From Geosiphon pyriformis uo1 (Eukaryota; Fungi; Glomeromycota), in contig JAAOMT010000109.1 of assembly GCA_016748015.1 (NCBI GenBank), positions 331,820 to 395,819 on the forward strand: a stretch of 64,000 nucleotides of DNA. Reading direction: 5' to 3'. Position numbers and translations under genes: made by a program. Below the pieces are notes generated by a model. The model worked only from the letters and a program-made list of their open reading frames with translations, was not told the DNA's origin and made no database searches. Below, piece by piece: positions 25,306 to 37,500 of the stretch; the stretch's first letter is position 1, and every line of letters begins with the position of its first letter.

Positions 25306-28300
25306 TTATGTGTGTCTTATTCTTGACAAACAGTCAGCATTAGCATTTTTGATACCTTCTTTGTATTTGATAATATAATTGTATAGTGCTAATGTTTGTG
25401 GCCATCTGGCGTATTTTCTTTTTAGCACTTTCTTGTTATTTAACCAGACCAGACCTCTATGTTCTGTGGTAATCTCAAAGGATTGGTACTGTAAATATGT
25501 GTCAAAGTGAACACAACTCCAAATTACTGTTAAGCATTCAAGTTTGTGTGTTGCATAGTTTTGCTCTGTCATAAGCAATTACACGTTTTTTTCCATTATT
25601 ATCTTTTTGTAACAGAATGGCTTCAAGTCTAGTTCCAAAGGCATCTGTGACCAAAATAAATTTCTTGTGGAAATTTGGATAGATCATTATTGGTAATTTA
25701 ATGAACTTTTGTCTAATATACTCAAAAACTTTTTGTTGTGCTTCAGTCCATGCAAATTTTACATTTTTAGATAGTAGGTAATTAAGGGGTTTGGCAATAT
25801 TTAAAAAGTTTTCTACAAAGTGACAGTAGTAAGATGCGAGTCCTAAAAAGCTTCTAACTTCTGAAACATTTTGAGATACTGGAAAATTTTTTACTTTGTC
25901 TATTTTTGATGGATCTGGTTTTATTCTATCTTTTCCAACTACATGTCCTAAAAATGTTAGCTCATTTTTCCCAAAGAAACATTTTTCTCAATTTAGTTTA
26001 AGTCCAGTGTGTCTCAATCTTTCAAAAACTTGTTGCAAATATTGGAGATAATTTGTGAATTTTGACGAGAAAACATTTGTATCATCTAAGTAGACAACAA
26101 TGAATTGTCACAAAATTCCAAAGTAAATTATGTCTATTAGTCTTTGAAATGTTGCAGGAGTATTTGTCAATCCAAATGACATTACATTGAACTCATAATT
26201 GCCATTTTGTATTGTAAATGCTGTTTTATGCCTGTCCTTTGAGTCCATTTTCACTTGCCAGTATTCACTGGTCAAGTCAAGTGTAAAAAACCATTTTGCT
26301 TCTCCAAAAACGTCAAAGATTTTGTCAATTAACGGTATTGGGTATGAGTCTTTGGTTGTTTTGCTGTTTAGTTTGTGATAGTTGACACAAAATCTAATTT
26401 TTCCATTCTTTTTCCTTACTAAAACAACTGGTGAGGACCATAAGCTCATTGATGATTGGATTATTCCTTTTTCTAACATGCTTTAGACTTCTTTTCTGAT
26501 AAAATTATGCTCTATTGATGGAACACAGTAAGTGCATTGTTTTTCAGGTCTGGTGTCTCCAGTGGAGATTTGGTGTTAAACCAAGTCAATTCTTCCAAAT
26601 TTGCTATTTCGTGAAAATATATCAGAGTATTTTAAAATTAATGCTTTTAATTGTTGCTGTTGGTCAGGATCCATTGTTTCAATGTTTAATTTGGCCAATT
26701 CTTCTGGCATAAATTGATACCATTCCAACAGTTGTTGCCAATTTATTGAAGAGAGTTCACAATAGAGGGCGATTTCTGGGAAATTTAAAATTTTTTGTGG
26801 TGTTGATGTGTTTTCTAGCTCTATTTTAAGGTATTCAATGATGGTATCTTCCAGAATGTAGACAGGTTCTTTTGTGGTATTTGCGATAGAAATTTTTATC
26901 CATTGAGCTTTATTAGCTAAAATAAAAAGGTTAGTAAGTCCTATGAAAAACTGTTGACAAGTTTTTGGATAGAGCTCAAATATTAAGTCTTTTTCTTTAA
27001 TTGTTTTTTTTATTCTTATTTTTGATTTTCCATATGATAGGAGTGTGATGGACTTTTCAGTTTTAATTACTTCATCTTTTTCCTCTATTGTTTCAGCGAA
27101 ATTCACTTTAATTCTTTTTCCTGTCAATCCAAAATCAAAAGTTCCTTTCGTTGTTTGTAACAATTCTTTATGATTTTTCACTAGCACAAATTTTCCAATT
27201 TTTACCAATAGTAAAAAAATTGTTTGTGCAATTTTTTCCTTAGATTCAATGATATAAGGCTTTTCTAAATTGTTATGTAGCAAAACCATCAAATTTCCAG
27301 TGTATCCAGAGTCAATTACTCCTCCTTGAACACTTATTTTTTTTTTTGCGAGGCTTAATTGCAATGCTATTTAAATCATTATTCCTAACAGAATTTCAAC
27401 TGCTATTTTTAGGTCAATTTTGGTAATGCTCCTGGGTAGTAACATTGTGAATTGGTTTTCTAGATAATATAGATTAAATCCAGTGTCAGTTGGATGGGCT
27501 TTTTTAGGTACTATTTCTAAGTGCCTATTGTCATAGTATTAGATGTTGATCATCTGTTTTAGGTCAGTATAGGCTACAAATTTTTTTGACTCAGAACTGT
27601 TAGGTGAGTCTTGTTAATTTATTGATTGATTTTGAGACTGCTGATTTTCAATTCCCATTTTTTTTTCTAAGTTCCTTTTGTTTTGACACTTTTCATAGCA
27701 CTGTTTTTGATATAGGATAAGACAGTTTTCGTAGAGATAAGTGTTGATTTGAGCAAGATATTGTTTTTGCTCTTATTGAGTGAGGCATAGTTGTTGGTAG
27801 TAGTCCTGGAATTTGTCCACTGGGTCGAACATGTTGTAACTGGTGACTTTGTCAGCTACTTCGGCTGACTTTTTCCAATGTCATATTTTTTCAGTGATTC
27901 CTCCTCTTACTTTGGCCTATGCAGTGTTGTACAACTCATTTTTGTCATGTGAGTAGTGCTGTAGTTTTTTTAACACTCTGTTAAACACTGTTTCAAATAG
28001 TATTCTTCTTCTTATCCAGTCACAGATGAGAATCGTGTATTGGCAAGTTGTGTCACATGTTTTTCTTTTGCCTGGTATGTCATTTCAGTCACACCCTTTT
28101 GGTAACAGTTTTCCACAAGCAAGACATGGTTTCTTATCCCATTTTCTGTGTCTTTCTGGATAATCATATTTTTTATTGTTACAACAGTTACAATAGTAAT
28201 GGGTGGAGTTTTTTGGGTCTTTGTCTGATGCACTGTATGTAGTCATAGACGAGAGTTTCTTCTTGTAAACCAAGCATTCTAGCTTTGGTTTGCATTACTG

Positions 28301-30981
28301 GTGGTTTCTTTGTGAACTTATCTGGTTCTATTCAGATTTTTCTTCACTGGTCCATGTTGGTATGGCTGGTAGTCCTGTTCTTTGGTTATTAGCCCAAGAG
28401 AGCTGATAAGTTTTGATGGCTGGTAGTGCTAGATTTTTCTCAAATTCGAAAGTAGGTCTTTGGTTGATGCTGGGTTTTTGAAAGTGGCCACAGATGGCTA
28501 AAATTCTGGCCTGGTGGCTATTATAATTAATCAGAAGCTCTTGGGTGATCCAGTCTAGGGTGGCATTGGCTTTTGTTAGCCAGTCATTCTCTACTAACGC
28601 TTGATATTGTGTAGTGTCCATTACTAATACTTTTGTAGGTATTACTATGCCATTAATTTCGAAAGAGAATGAATCGATTTCGCTATGAGGCAGCTTTGTA
28701 CTTCCATTGGCTGTTATGATTTGGGATGTCATAGCATGATTAACTTTGAAACCCAGTTGGTTTACTAGTTAAAGCATTATGATGCTTCCAGCAAATCTAC
28801 TATCTAAAATAAGTTTGATTGGGGTATTGTTTACAGTGGCTTCCATATACATAGCAGTAATTGGGCATTTTTTATCTAATGCTATTCTACTGAACATAGC
28901 CTTATTTTTCTCTAATTCAAAAGAAAAAATAGCTGTAAGACTGCTATCTTTGGTAGTAACTGTTGGTAGTATTGTTTGGCTTAATTTATTGGAGAAATTT
29001 TCAGTTCTGTTTATGTTTCTACCATTATTGTTTCCGATGATCAGATTTTCTGGTATATTAAGGTAAGTTTGTTGGTAATTTTGGTAGTTTGAATTGGTTT
29101 GCTGACTGGTTCTGGTGTGGTTTGGATTCCTTTGGACCAACATGTTCTGGTTCTACATGGGCTGATTTCGAGGCTTGGGATGCCAATTTGGATTGGCTAT
29201 TATGGGCTGTTGCTGGTAAATTCCTTGATTTTGATACATGATAGGATATTGGTGTGATATTGGCATGTACTGGTTTTTGGGCATTTGGGGTGGTGCATAA
29301 TAATTATTTTTGCGTATTTTCTGCATCATTTGCATTTAATATTGACTAATCAAATGTCCTACACATTTGCAAAAATGGCAGATGCACATTTCTGTTCTGA
29401 ATTTCTGTTACAACAAGCAATTATTTCAACTGTCGTTGACTTTTTGGCTGCATTTTTGGAGTGGTTGATATGTATTTCTTCTTGGATCTGGAATGAAGTA
29501 ACTTTCTATTTTCTTAAAGAGTTTCTTCTCTAATTGTGTTACTCTTTTCTCTAATGTTTCTGTCTTATTTTCTTTCATTACTATGTTAACTATTTGACTA
29601 TGGTTAGCTTTTTTTTCAGCCAATTCAAGAGCTCTGGCAAGCATAATGGCTTCTGGTAAGAAATTAGGGTGAACAGAACATACTCTTTCTAAAATACTGC
29701 TTTTTAATCCTCTAATAAACTGATTTAAAACCTGAGAATCAGTGTAGTATCCTTGTTCAATTGCTTCAATCTGATGGCGAATTCAATTGAATTGAGCAAG
29801 GTATTGGGTGACAGTTTCACTAGTACTTTGCTTGATAGTATTGAATTTGTTTTGTAGTTGGATTATGGCGTTTGGGTTGCTAAAATACTCCAAGAGTGTG
29901 TCTTTGAATTCTGCGAAGCTTGTGAGTTTTGTTTCTAAGCTTTGATACCATGAGTCGGCAGTGCCTTTTAGAAAGAAAAATAATGTTTGGATTGCTCTTT
30001 GATTATTCCAGTTATTTGCCTGGATGACTTTTTGTGCTTCTCTGAACCATGTGTGCATGTCCGTTTCTTCTTCCTCTCCTGAGAAATTTGTTAATTGCGT
30101 GATGTAAGATGTGGCTATTTCATCGTTGTTTTCTGCTGGTGGGTTTATTGGTCTAAAAGAAAATGGGATGATATTTCCTTGAGCATCTCTAAAGGTGGCT
30201 TCTTTTATATCCGGTTTTTCCTCTTGATCACGAGTTTCTTGGTTTCTGGACAGGTTGCTTGTTCCAGTGACTGGTCTTATGCTTGTTTTTTCACTGGTTT
30301 CTTCGGATTCCGATTTAGACTTCTCTTTACAGTTTTCAAACCTGCTCCAAATTTTGGTTGAAAAAGGGGTTTTTGGAATAGCAATGAATATTCTCTTGTA
30401 ATTGGTATATCTTCCCAATTGTATTGTTTGAGCTTTTCAATATAATTAAAAGTTTTCAGCATTTGTGGGGTTGATGTAAATAATGATGTAGCTCCTAATA
30501 GGAGTTGGATTTTATTATCTGGGGAAAAATGGTAAGATCTTTTTTTTGGTGAATGAAGGCATTGTTTCTTTACTGATTGCATGACATTTTTCTTGGGCAT
30601 TTGGACAGGTGTTCCTAATTTTTGCTGATTTTTTTCGTGATTAATTTCTGAATTGTGGACGCATTCTCTGGTGTTCTTTATGGATATTGGGTAATTTTTG
30701 TTGGTGTATTGCTCAATTTCGTGATAAATTTGAACAATAGTTGCAGCTATTGCTGTTGTTTTTTTTGAAGTAAATTGAGATAATTCCCTATATAATTAAT
30801 GTTTTGTATTATTTGGTTCTCCTTCCCTTCCTATGTGATAATTTATTCTGATGTTAATATAATAGATGAGGGTGTTTTCAGCTGGACAACACTCTTCTGA
30901 TAATCCAAAATCACTTTGATGTTGTAAATAAAGGGCATGGCAGAATTCAACAACAGTAAAATTAGGAGTTTTTGTCACCAT
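25306..30981 (-). pseudogene. Gypsy-1 gag-pol (Gag, PR, Cys-rich, dUTPase, RT, RH), disrupted
   Basis: ORF fragments 30796-31005, 29783-30418, 28769-29143, 28328-28732, 28085-28273, 26576-27364, 26108-26479 and 25306-25578. Confidence 0.9.
27120..27510 (-). pseudogene. dUTPase domain of Gypsy-1
   Basis: PKKAHPTDTGFNL (motif 1), LAKKKISVQGGVIDSGYTGNL (motifs 2-3), KIAQTIF (motif 4), KGTFDFGLTG (degenerate motif 5). Confidence 0.88.
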
Positions 30982-31063
30982 TTTGGTTTTCCTTCTTTTT
31001 AGCAATGAATTATTGCTAATTATTAGTTTTCTTTAATTTTTTTTCCTCATAGAGTTTATCAGA

Positions 31064-31937
31064 TATTATGGGATGGTTTTCTTGGTATATTTAATTGCCA
31101 ATATTCCGTTTTAATTGCAATCAGTCTCTTGTGAGTTCCTCAATTCTATTTGTGTGATAATGTTATTGTTATACTGAAGGCTTTCTCTTTAATATTATGA
31201 TGTAAGTTATTTCTCAATTCCTGATTGTTGTGTGTGTTTATATACTCCTTCTCAAAGGCTGAACTAAAATCTACCTGCTGTTTGGAGTCTTTTCTGAGAC
31301 TATCATTGCAATTGCCTGATGTGTTTCTCTAATCTAGAAACACAGAATGTTAATGGTCTTTAACGCTTTTCCTAATTTTCACAATAAAGCTTTTATCAAT
31401 TAGTAACAATGTAAATAATCTTGATTAAAGATTATTCTTCCAAAGAATTTAACTAATGAATGATAATTTCATTCAATAATTAACACAAGTGAGTTTCTTA
31501 TTACTTTGGGGTTGTAATAATTCAGTTTTAAATATTCTTTTTCATTTCTTTTTGATTTAAAAGTTTCTTGGGATATTTAATTTAAAGATACAATTTAAAG
31601 TGGAGTTTGTTGAATAAATTGGATCTATTGCTTGATAAGTTATAATTTTTATTACTTAATTAACTTTTCTTAATATTAAAGCTACTGTATATATACATGT
31701 TTGTAGTTCTACAAGAAAATATATTGTAATACTTTTTTTTTGATATTTCAATCTGGTGTTTGCTGCTATTACCAGTTGGTATTGGCTACTATTGTGAACT
31801 GGTGCTTGCCACTATCACAAGATAGTGTTTGTTACTATGTTAATCATTACCTTTCTAAGATTATTACTGTGCTATATTATGATTGAATAGTTTATATTAT
31901 TTTTATGATTTTTTTGCTAAATTCTTAAACTTTAACA
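31064..31937 (-). repeat. 5' LTR of Gypsy-1
   Basis: 874-bp direct repeat of 24306-25178. Followed on the minus strand by a degenerate PBS (TCTGATAAACTCTATGAGG). Confidence 0.95.
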
Positions 31938-32020
31938 ACATTTTAATACAAATTATGTTGTTTTTTAAGTGCTACTAATCTATTGAGTTATATGTTTTGC
32001 ATATGTTCTACAAAACTAGT
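31938..32020 (-). mobile_element. LINE-0, 5'-truncated end inside RT
   Basis: Continues the LINE RT sequence across the ACAT TSD (matches 17960-18040). Flanked by ATTACCAGCTGAAATTTAAGATA (32021-32043), which duplicates ATTACAGCTAAAATTTAAAATA (14703-14724). Confidence 0.7.
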
Positions 32021-32039
32021 ATTACCAGCTGAAATTTAA

Positions 32040-32580
32040 GATATTATTTAACATAAAATTATTTATATAATTCATATTATTAACTAACATATATTATTAT
32101 TTTAATATATTACTTATTATCTTATTAAATTATTCAAATTATCATTTAGTTAATAATCTAATTTGTACAAAACACAAATGTAACCAAATTGTGATGATCA
32201 AATCATACAATACACTGAATTATATAACATTAAAAATTCACTAAAATATTAAGTAAATTCAACAAAATATTCAATAATTTACTAAAATAATTTATAGTTC
32301 ACAAAATTAACTTGTAGTTTAATGAAATATATTTTTAGTTTACCAAAATATTAAAAAAAAAAAAGTGTTAAATTATGAAAAAATATCCCAACAAATTGTA
32401 TAAAAGAAGAGTTTTTCTTTTTAAAAAAATGTATCTTAATTAAAATAATTTTTTACCAAATATTTTTTCTTAAAATAATTTTTTTTACAAATTAACTCAA
32501 ATAAAACTCACTTGAAAAACATAAATTTTTTAATTATTATTGTTTTAAAATTAACTATTTTATACTAATAATTTGAAATA
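32040..32580. repeat. Right arm of the long inverted repeat (pairs with 13240-13810)
   Basis: Reverse-complement similarity to the left arm over 400 bp or more. Confidence 0.55.
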
Positions 32581-32735
32581 TTATAAAAACATATAAAAAC
32601 TTTTTTCTCTTTTTCATCCTAAATTCCCAAAAAAGAATCAAAAATTTTTGAAAGAAGTTTTCTTTTACCATTCAATACAATTAATTCAAACTGTTTTTTG
32701 ATTTTGAGACCACTGTTGGCCCTAGTATTGCTATC

Positions 32736-34530
32736 ATAAAGAAGATTATTAAAGATTCTAGCTCTGGTGAGAGTTTCAGACCCATTTTGTTGGAAAAAAA
32801 AAAGGTGGCATTTTGGAGAAGAGTATTAAAGACAAAGGAAAGTCTTTTAAGATGTCAAGTGGTTGTTTATGGGGTTCTGAGACTGGTAACACCACCAAGT
32901 CTAATAGCATTAATATGAAAGAAGAGTGTTTGGTAGAGGAAATAAATTTCAACTATGGTAAAAATAATGTTTTTGCTGATGGAGATTCTAATCAAATGCC
33001 TAAAAAACTGGGTATTAAAACCAAGAAGACATTGGGCAAGCTATTAAGGAAGATAGATTTCTTAGATTATGATAATAATGATGATGTTCTTTCAGATATT
33101 ACTTTGAAACTCTCCTCTCTCTTAAGAAATTTGATCAAAGTTTCTATTAAAAAATCTTTTGCATTAAATATTAGGTTGGATAAGATAGTTAACAAAACAT
33201 CTCAAAAAAAATGTGCTGTAATTAAGAAATTATTTTCAGAAATCAATAGTTTAAAGGGGACATCTACTCTTTTAAAATTCTTAAAAATCATCAGAGCAAC
33301 ATTTATCTCCAAATTAGGTCTAATAAAAGCCACTAAAAAGACTACTAGTGCAAAAATCATGGTAAATACTAATCTTAAAAAATCTAACAGGCATTCTGAT
33401 CAGGCTGTGGTTTTAAATAAAATTCTAATTAGTACTTCTACTGAGACTGTACATACTGCACTATCTGAGTTTGGCATTATTAAGTCAATTAAGATACAAT
33501 TGGTGAGACTGTGATAAGCAAGTAGTTAAATTTAAACAGATTAATCATGCTAATTTGGTTGCAGCAAAATAGTCTATCCTAATTAGGAAGGATGCAGTGC
33601 ATGTTATTAAGGCTGATCAAGATAAGATTTTATGAAATATAAAAGACAGTCATAGGGTGCTGCTCTATACTTTTTCTATGGGAACAAATACTCATGACAT
33701 CTGAAATTTCATTGGTTTTGTAAGTAAAAAAATGTGTATAATCAACTGATATTTTGTTATATATGTTCAGATCAGATGTACCATTGTTTGTTTTGAATCA
33801 ACTGAATCTTTGGATGCCATTATGGAAACAACACCTGTGTTGAAAAGGACCAATTTATGATGGTCTTGTCTGGGTTTTTTTAAGTATGCTAAGTGTGAGA
33901 AAATAGAACGTATGTTATTGGGCTGTTCTGTAGAAAAGAGTTTGTATTTTAGTAAAATATCTTATATAACACTTTTAGACATAAATAAAAACAGATTGGC
34001 AATTATCTATTTCAAGCATTCAGCTTCTATTACTTGTCCTGTTGCTTTTTGGTGGAGTTTTTTAGGCAAAGATAGCTGGCAGATCTTTATTTCCTTTTCT
34101 TCCTATGCAAAATGTTTCAGTTAACTTTGGCTCCTCTGTGAAGATAAAGCTTACTTCTCCTATTGCAAAAGACATTAAGAATAGGTTTGCTGTCTTAGAG
34201 AGCAGTCTTACTAGTCTTGTAGAACAAATTAGTAAGTTGGCTAAGAGATTGGGCTCACTTATTCTAGCAGTTTTTCAGCCTAGCCCTAGATGTTAACTGT
34301 TAGTAACCCCCTCATTACAAAATCAGGTAGGCTATATAGTGATAGGATTGGGCTTGAGTGAAACCACTAGTGGTAAGACTGCTGCATTTCTGGACTTATT
34401 TTCTAATCCTGATATGGTTAAATTTGAGAATATGTTGAATAGTCTTTCTATTTTGGTATTTAGTTTGTCAGCTTGTTTTGATGGTTTGGTCTTAACTGGT
34501 AGCATGTACCCTCAATCTTCCTCTCAATGA
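32736..34530 (+). pseudogene. LINE-2 ORF1
   Basis: Fragments 32813-33514, 34105-34296 and 34339-34530 align with LINE-1 ORF1 (ETGNTTKSNSINMKEECLVE; ends SSQ*). Confidence 0.85.
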
Positions 34531-37500
34531 GTGAATTAGTCCTGAAAATTGTGATTTGTAATGTCAGAGGTATGAACAATCCTGCAAAGCAGGAGGATAT
34601 TGTGCATTGACATAAGGACATGAACAATTTAATCTCAATTTTTATGAAAACTAAGCTGAAAAAAAAGATTTGCCCATGGATTATTAACAAATTTACTGGT
34701 GTTCATGTATTAACTTCTAATTTGAACTTTGGTTATTTAGTTTGGGAATTGCTATAATCATGAATGATTCTCTGGTAAGGCATGTGTATAAGATTTCTGA
34801 GATATCTGGGCACCTCTTATTTATCAAGTTGCTATTCAAAAATAAACTTTCTGTTTTGATTTTGGGGCTTTATGCTGAGGTGTCTTTGGCAGTTCATTTT
34901 TCTTAGATGGATAACATTAATTCTTTAATTATAAAGGCTGTGAATAAGTTCTTTTTTGTTATCTTAGGTAACAGTTTCAATGAGGATAATGCTCACAAAT
35001 ATGCAAGTTTTAAAAAATGCTTTGATTTGGGTTTAGTCAATTCTTTAGATGAGAGTTCATTTGTGAAGGTGTTGACATAGAGCAATTTCTAAGATGTCTT
35101 GAAAATAATTGATTATATGTTGGTTTCTTCAAATTTGGCTAATGTAATTGTGCAGTACAATGTTTCAGATATCTGTAAATATTTTAACATTGATCATCAA
35201 GCTGTTTTTGTGTCTGTAGGTTTGAGTAGTTTGCTGGATATGCGGTTGAACTTTCTTTGTAAACAGGTAAACAAAGATTGTTAGAAGTTTGACTTTAAGA
35301 GTATAAGTAATAACAACTGGACTAGGTTTAAGGAGGTTTTGACAGCTAATACTACTATGTTTTTTGATGATTTTATAATGTTTAGAAGTTTTACAAATTT
35401 GGATGCAATATGGAATGTTATCTATAAGGTGATGTGCCTATCAGCTAAAAAAATCTTATAAAAAAAGTGGTTCAAAGGCTACAACAGTGTTTTTACTAAA
35501 AAGTTGTCCAGATTCTACAAGCTTGAACTTTTGGTTTCTAGAATTGTTAGAGCTTTTTAACTGGCTTTGCATAATGTATTTGATTCTTTACTGGTTAAGT
35601 AAGAGTGTTTTAATGCTGCCAATACAGCTGCTGTGAAACTACTTGTCAATTCTGAATCTTGCTTTGATGATATCAGATTTACTTTGGCTAAGATCAGAAA
35701 ATTTTATCACTTTTCTAAACTGTCAGAATCTAAGTGCATTGAGAAATCTTGAATCTAAATTGGCTATTGATAAAAAGATGGAAAGTTTTGAGTTCAATAA
35801 AGACCATACCATCAGGAATGTATTAGAGCATTCTTTTTGAAAAGTTATGCTGGACCATCTTGTAGTAAATAAGAAGCTGGTTTTGGAATTCAATCTGGTT
35901 AAATTTAAGGTTAATGAGATTATAGAATGCTGGACTCAAAAGCATGAAGTGGTTCTTATCATTTTTGATAATTGGTTTTGCCAATACCAACTGCTAGATA
36001 ATGTTTTTGATGGTGCTTTTTCAAATGTAATGACTCCAATTGATTTTAATAATTGTTTGATGTTGTCTCAGATCTGTCTGATAGAAAAGCTGCTGGCTTT
36101 TCTGGCATTTCCAATGAGTTATGGAAACATTGTGATAAATTAATTTTAAACATGCTGCTAGTATTTTTAAACTTTTGTTTAACATGTAAATTAGTTTCAA
36201 CTTCTTGGAAAGAGGCTTGGATTTCTATAATTCTGAAACTATATAAATAAGAAGGTGTTTTTACAAATACTTACTCTATTGTTTTAATTAAGACAGCTCA
36301 CAAAATTCTTTCCAAAATCTTTTTGGACAGAATTTTTTCAGCTTGTAGCACCTTTAATGTTTTTTAGAGTAATAATTTTTCTGTTTTGAAGAGCACTATA
36401 ATACAGTCCCCTATTTTTGCTATTGGTTTAATAATTGAAAATATCTTAGAAAAGAACTAAGAGCTATGATTAGTTTTGCAGAATATGTGTAAGACTTATG
36501 ACTTTGTTAAATGGAAGCATCTCAAGAAAGGCCTGGTCAGAATCAAAATGTATGATAAATTTATTAGGTTTTTTGGTGGTATTCACAATAATCAAGTTAA
36601 CAGAATTATGACTAATTTCAGTTTAACTGATGAATATTGGGTTTATAATGGGTTAGATCAAGAGGAAGTTTTCTTACTTCTTTTTTGGCACAAATTTTAT
36701 GATTTGCTTCTATGTGAAATTAAGAGACAGGTAAGTGTGTATGGTTACAGGTTGAACTTTTATTTTGTTTCCAAAACTGATTGCATGAATTCTCAAGATG
36801 AAATGATGAGATTTTTTGTGGCTAGTGCTTTTGTTGATAATACTATTTGGATTGGTAGTAACTGGATAGCAACACAACATATTTTCAATATTGTTAATTA
36901 ATTTTTCAGGATCATTAACATTTCTATAAATAACAATAAGACTGTGGTCATTCTGGTAAATTGCAGAGTTACAAACTTTTTTCTATCTGTCAGTATCGCA
37001 CCTATTTCTGTTGCTAAAAATAGTGAATCTTATTGCTATTTAGGTATATTTTTGTTTTTTGAGAGTTTGTCAAAGCCTAGCTTGGCTAAGGCTCATTTAA
37101 ATATTCGGTTTTTTACCAATCTCATTTTAAGAAAAGCTATCTTTGATAAACAATTTTTGTATTTGGTGTTAGCAGTCTTTCTTCCTATTGTGAGCTACAG
37201 AACTCAATTCAGTTTTGTTCTTATCAGTGTGTATAATAAGTAGAACACTATGATTTGCAAGAGCTTAAAGTTCAAATTTGGACTGTTGCTTAATTTTCTC
37301 AATGATGCACTTTATTATCCTTCTTTGTACAATTTGAAATACTTTAAGCAGATTCAAGCTAAAGACAAATAGGTTTCTATTGTTTATTTTGTGAATTTTT
37401 CTGGTATTTTGGACCACCTGTTTATGTACAGGTTACATAATCTGCAGGTTTTCAGCTGGCATCCATGCCATTCTTTGCTTTTTCTGTCTTATATTACTGT

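Larger units (their letters stand above)
24306..31937 (-). mobile_element. Ty3/Gypsy LTR retrotransposon (Gypsy-1), dUTPase-bearing, lacking integrase
   Basis: LTRs at 24306-25178 and 31064-31937; TSD ACAT at 24302-24305 and 31938-31941; PPT adjacent to the 3' LTR. Internal order is gag, CCHC knuckle (CHFCKCVGH), protease (LILDS), Cys-rich region, dUTPase (GGVIDSGYTG), RT (YLDD), RNase H. Confidence 0.95.
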
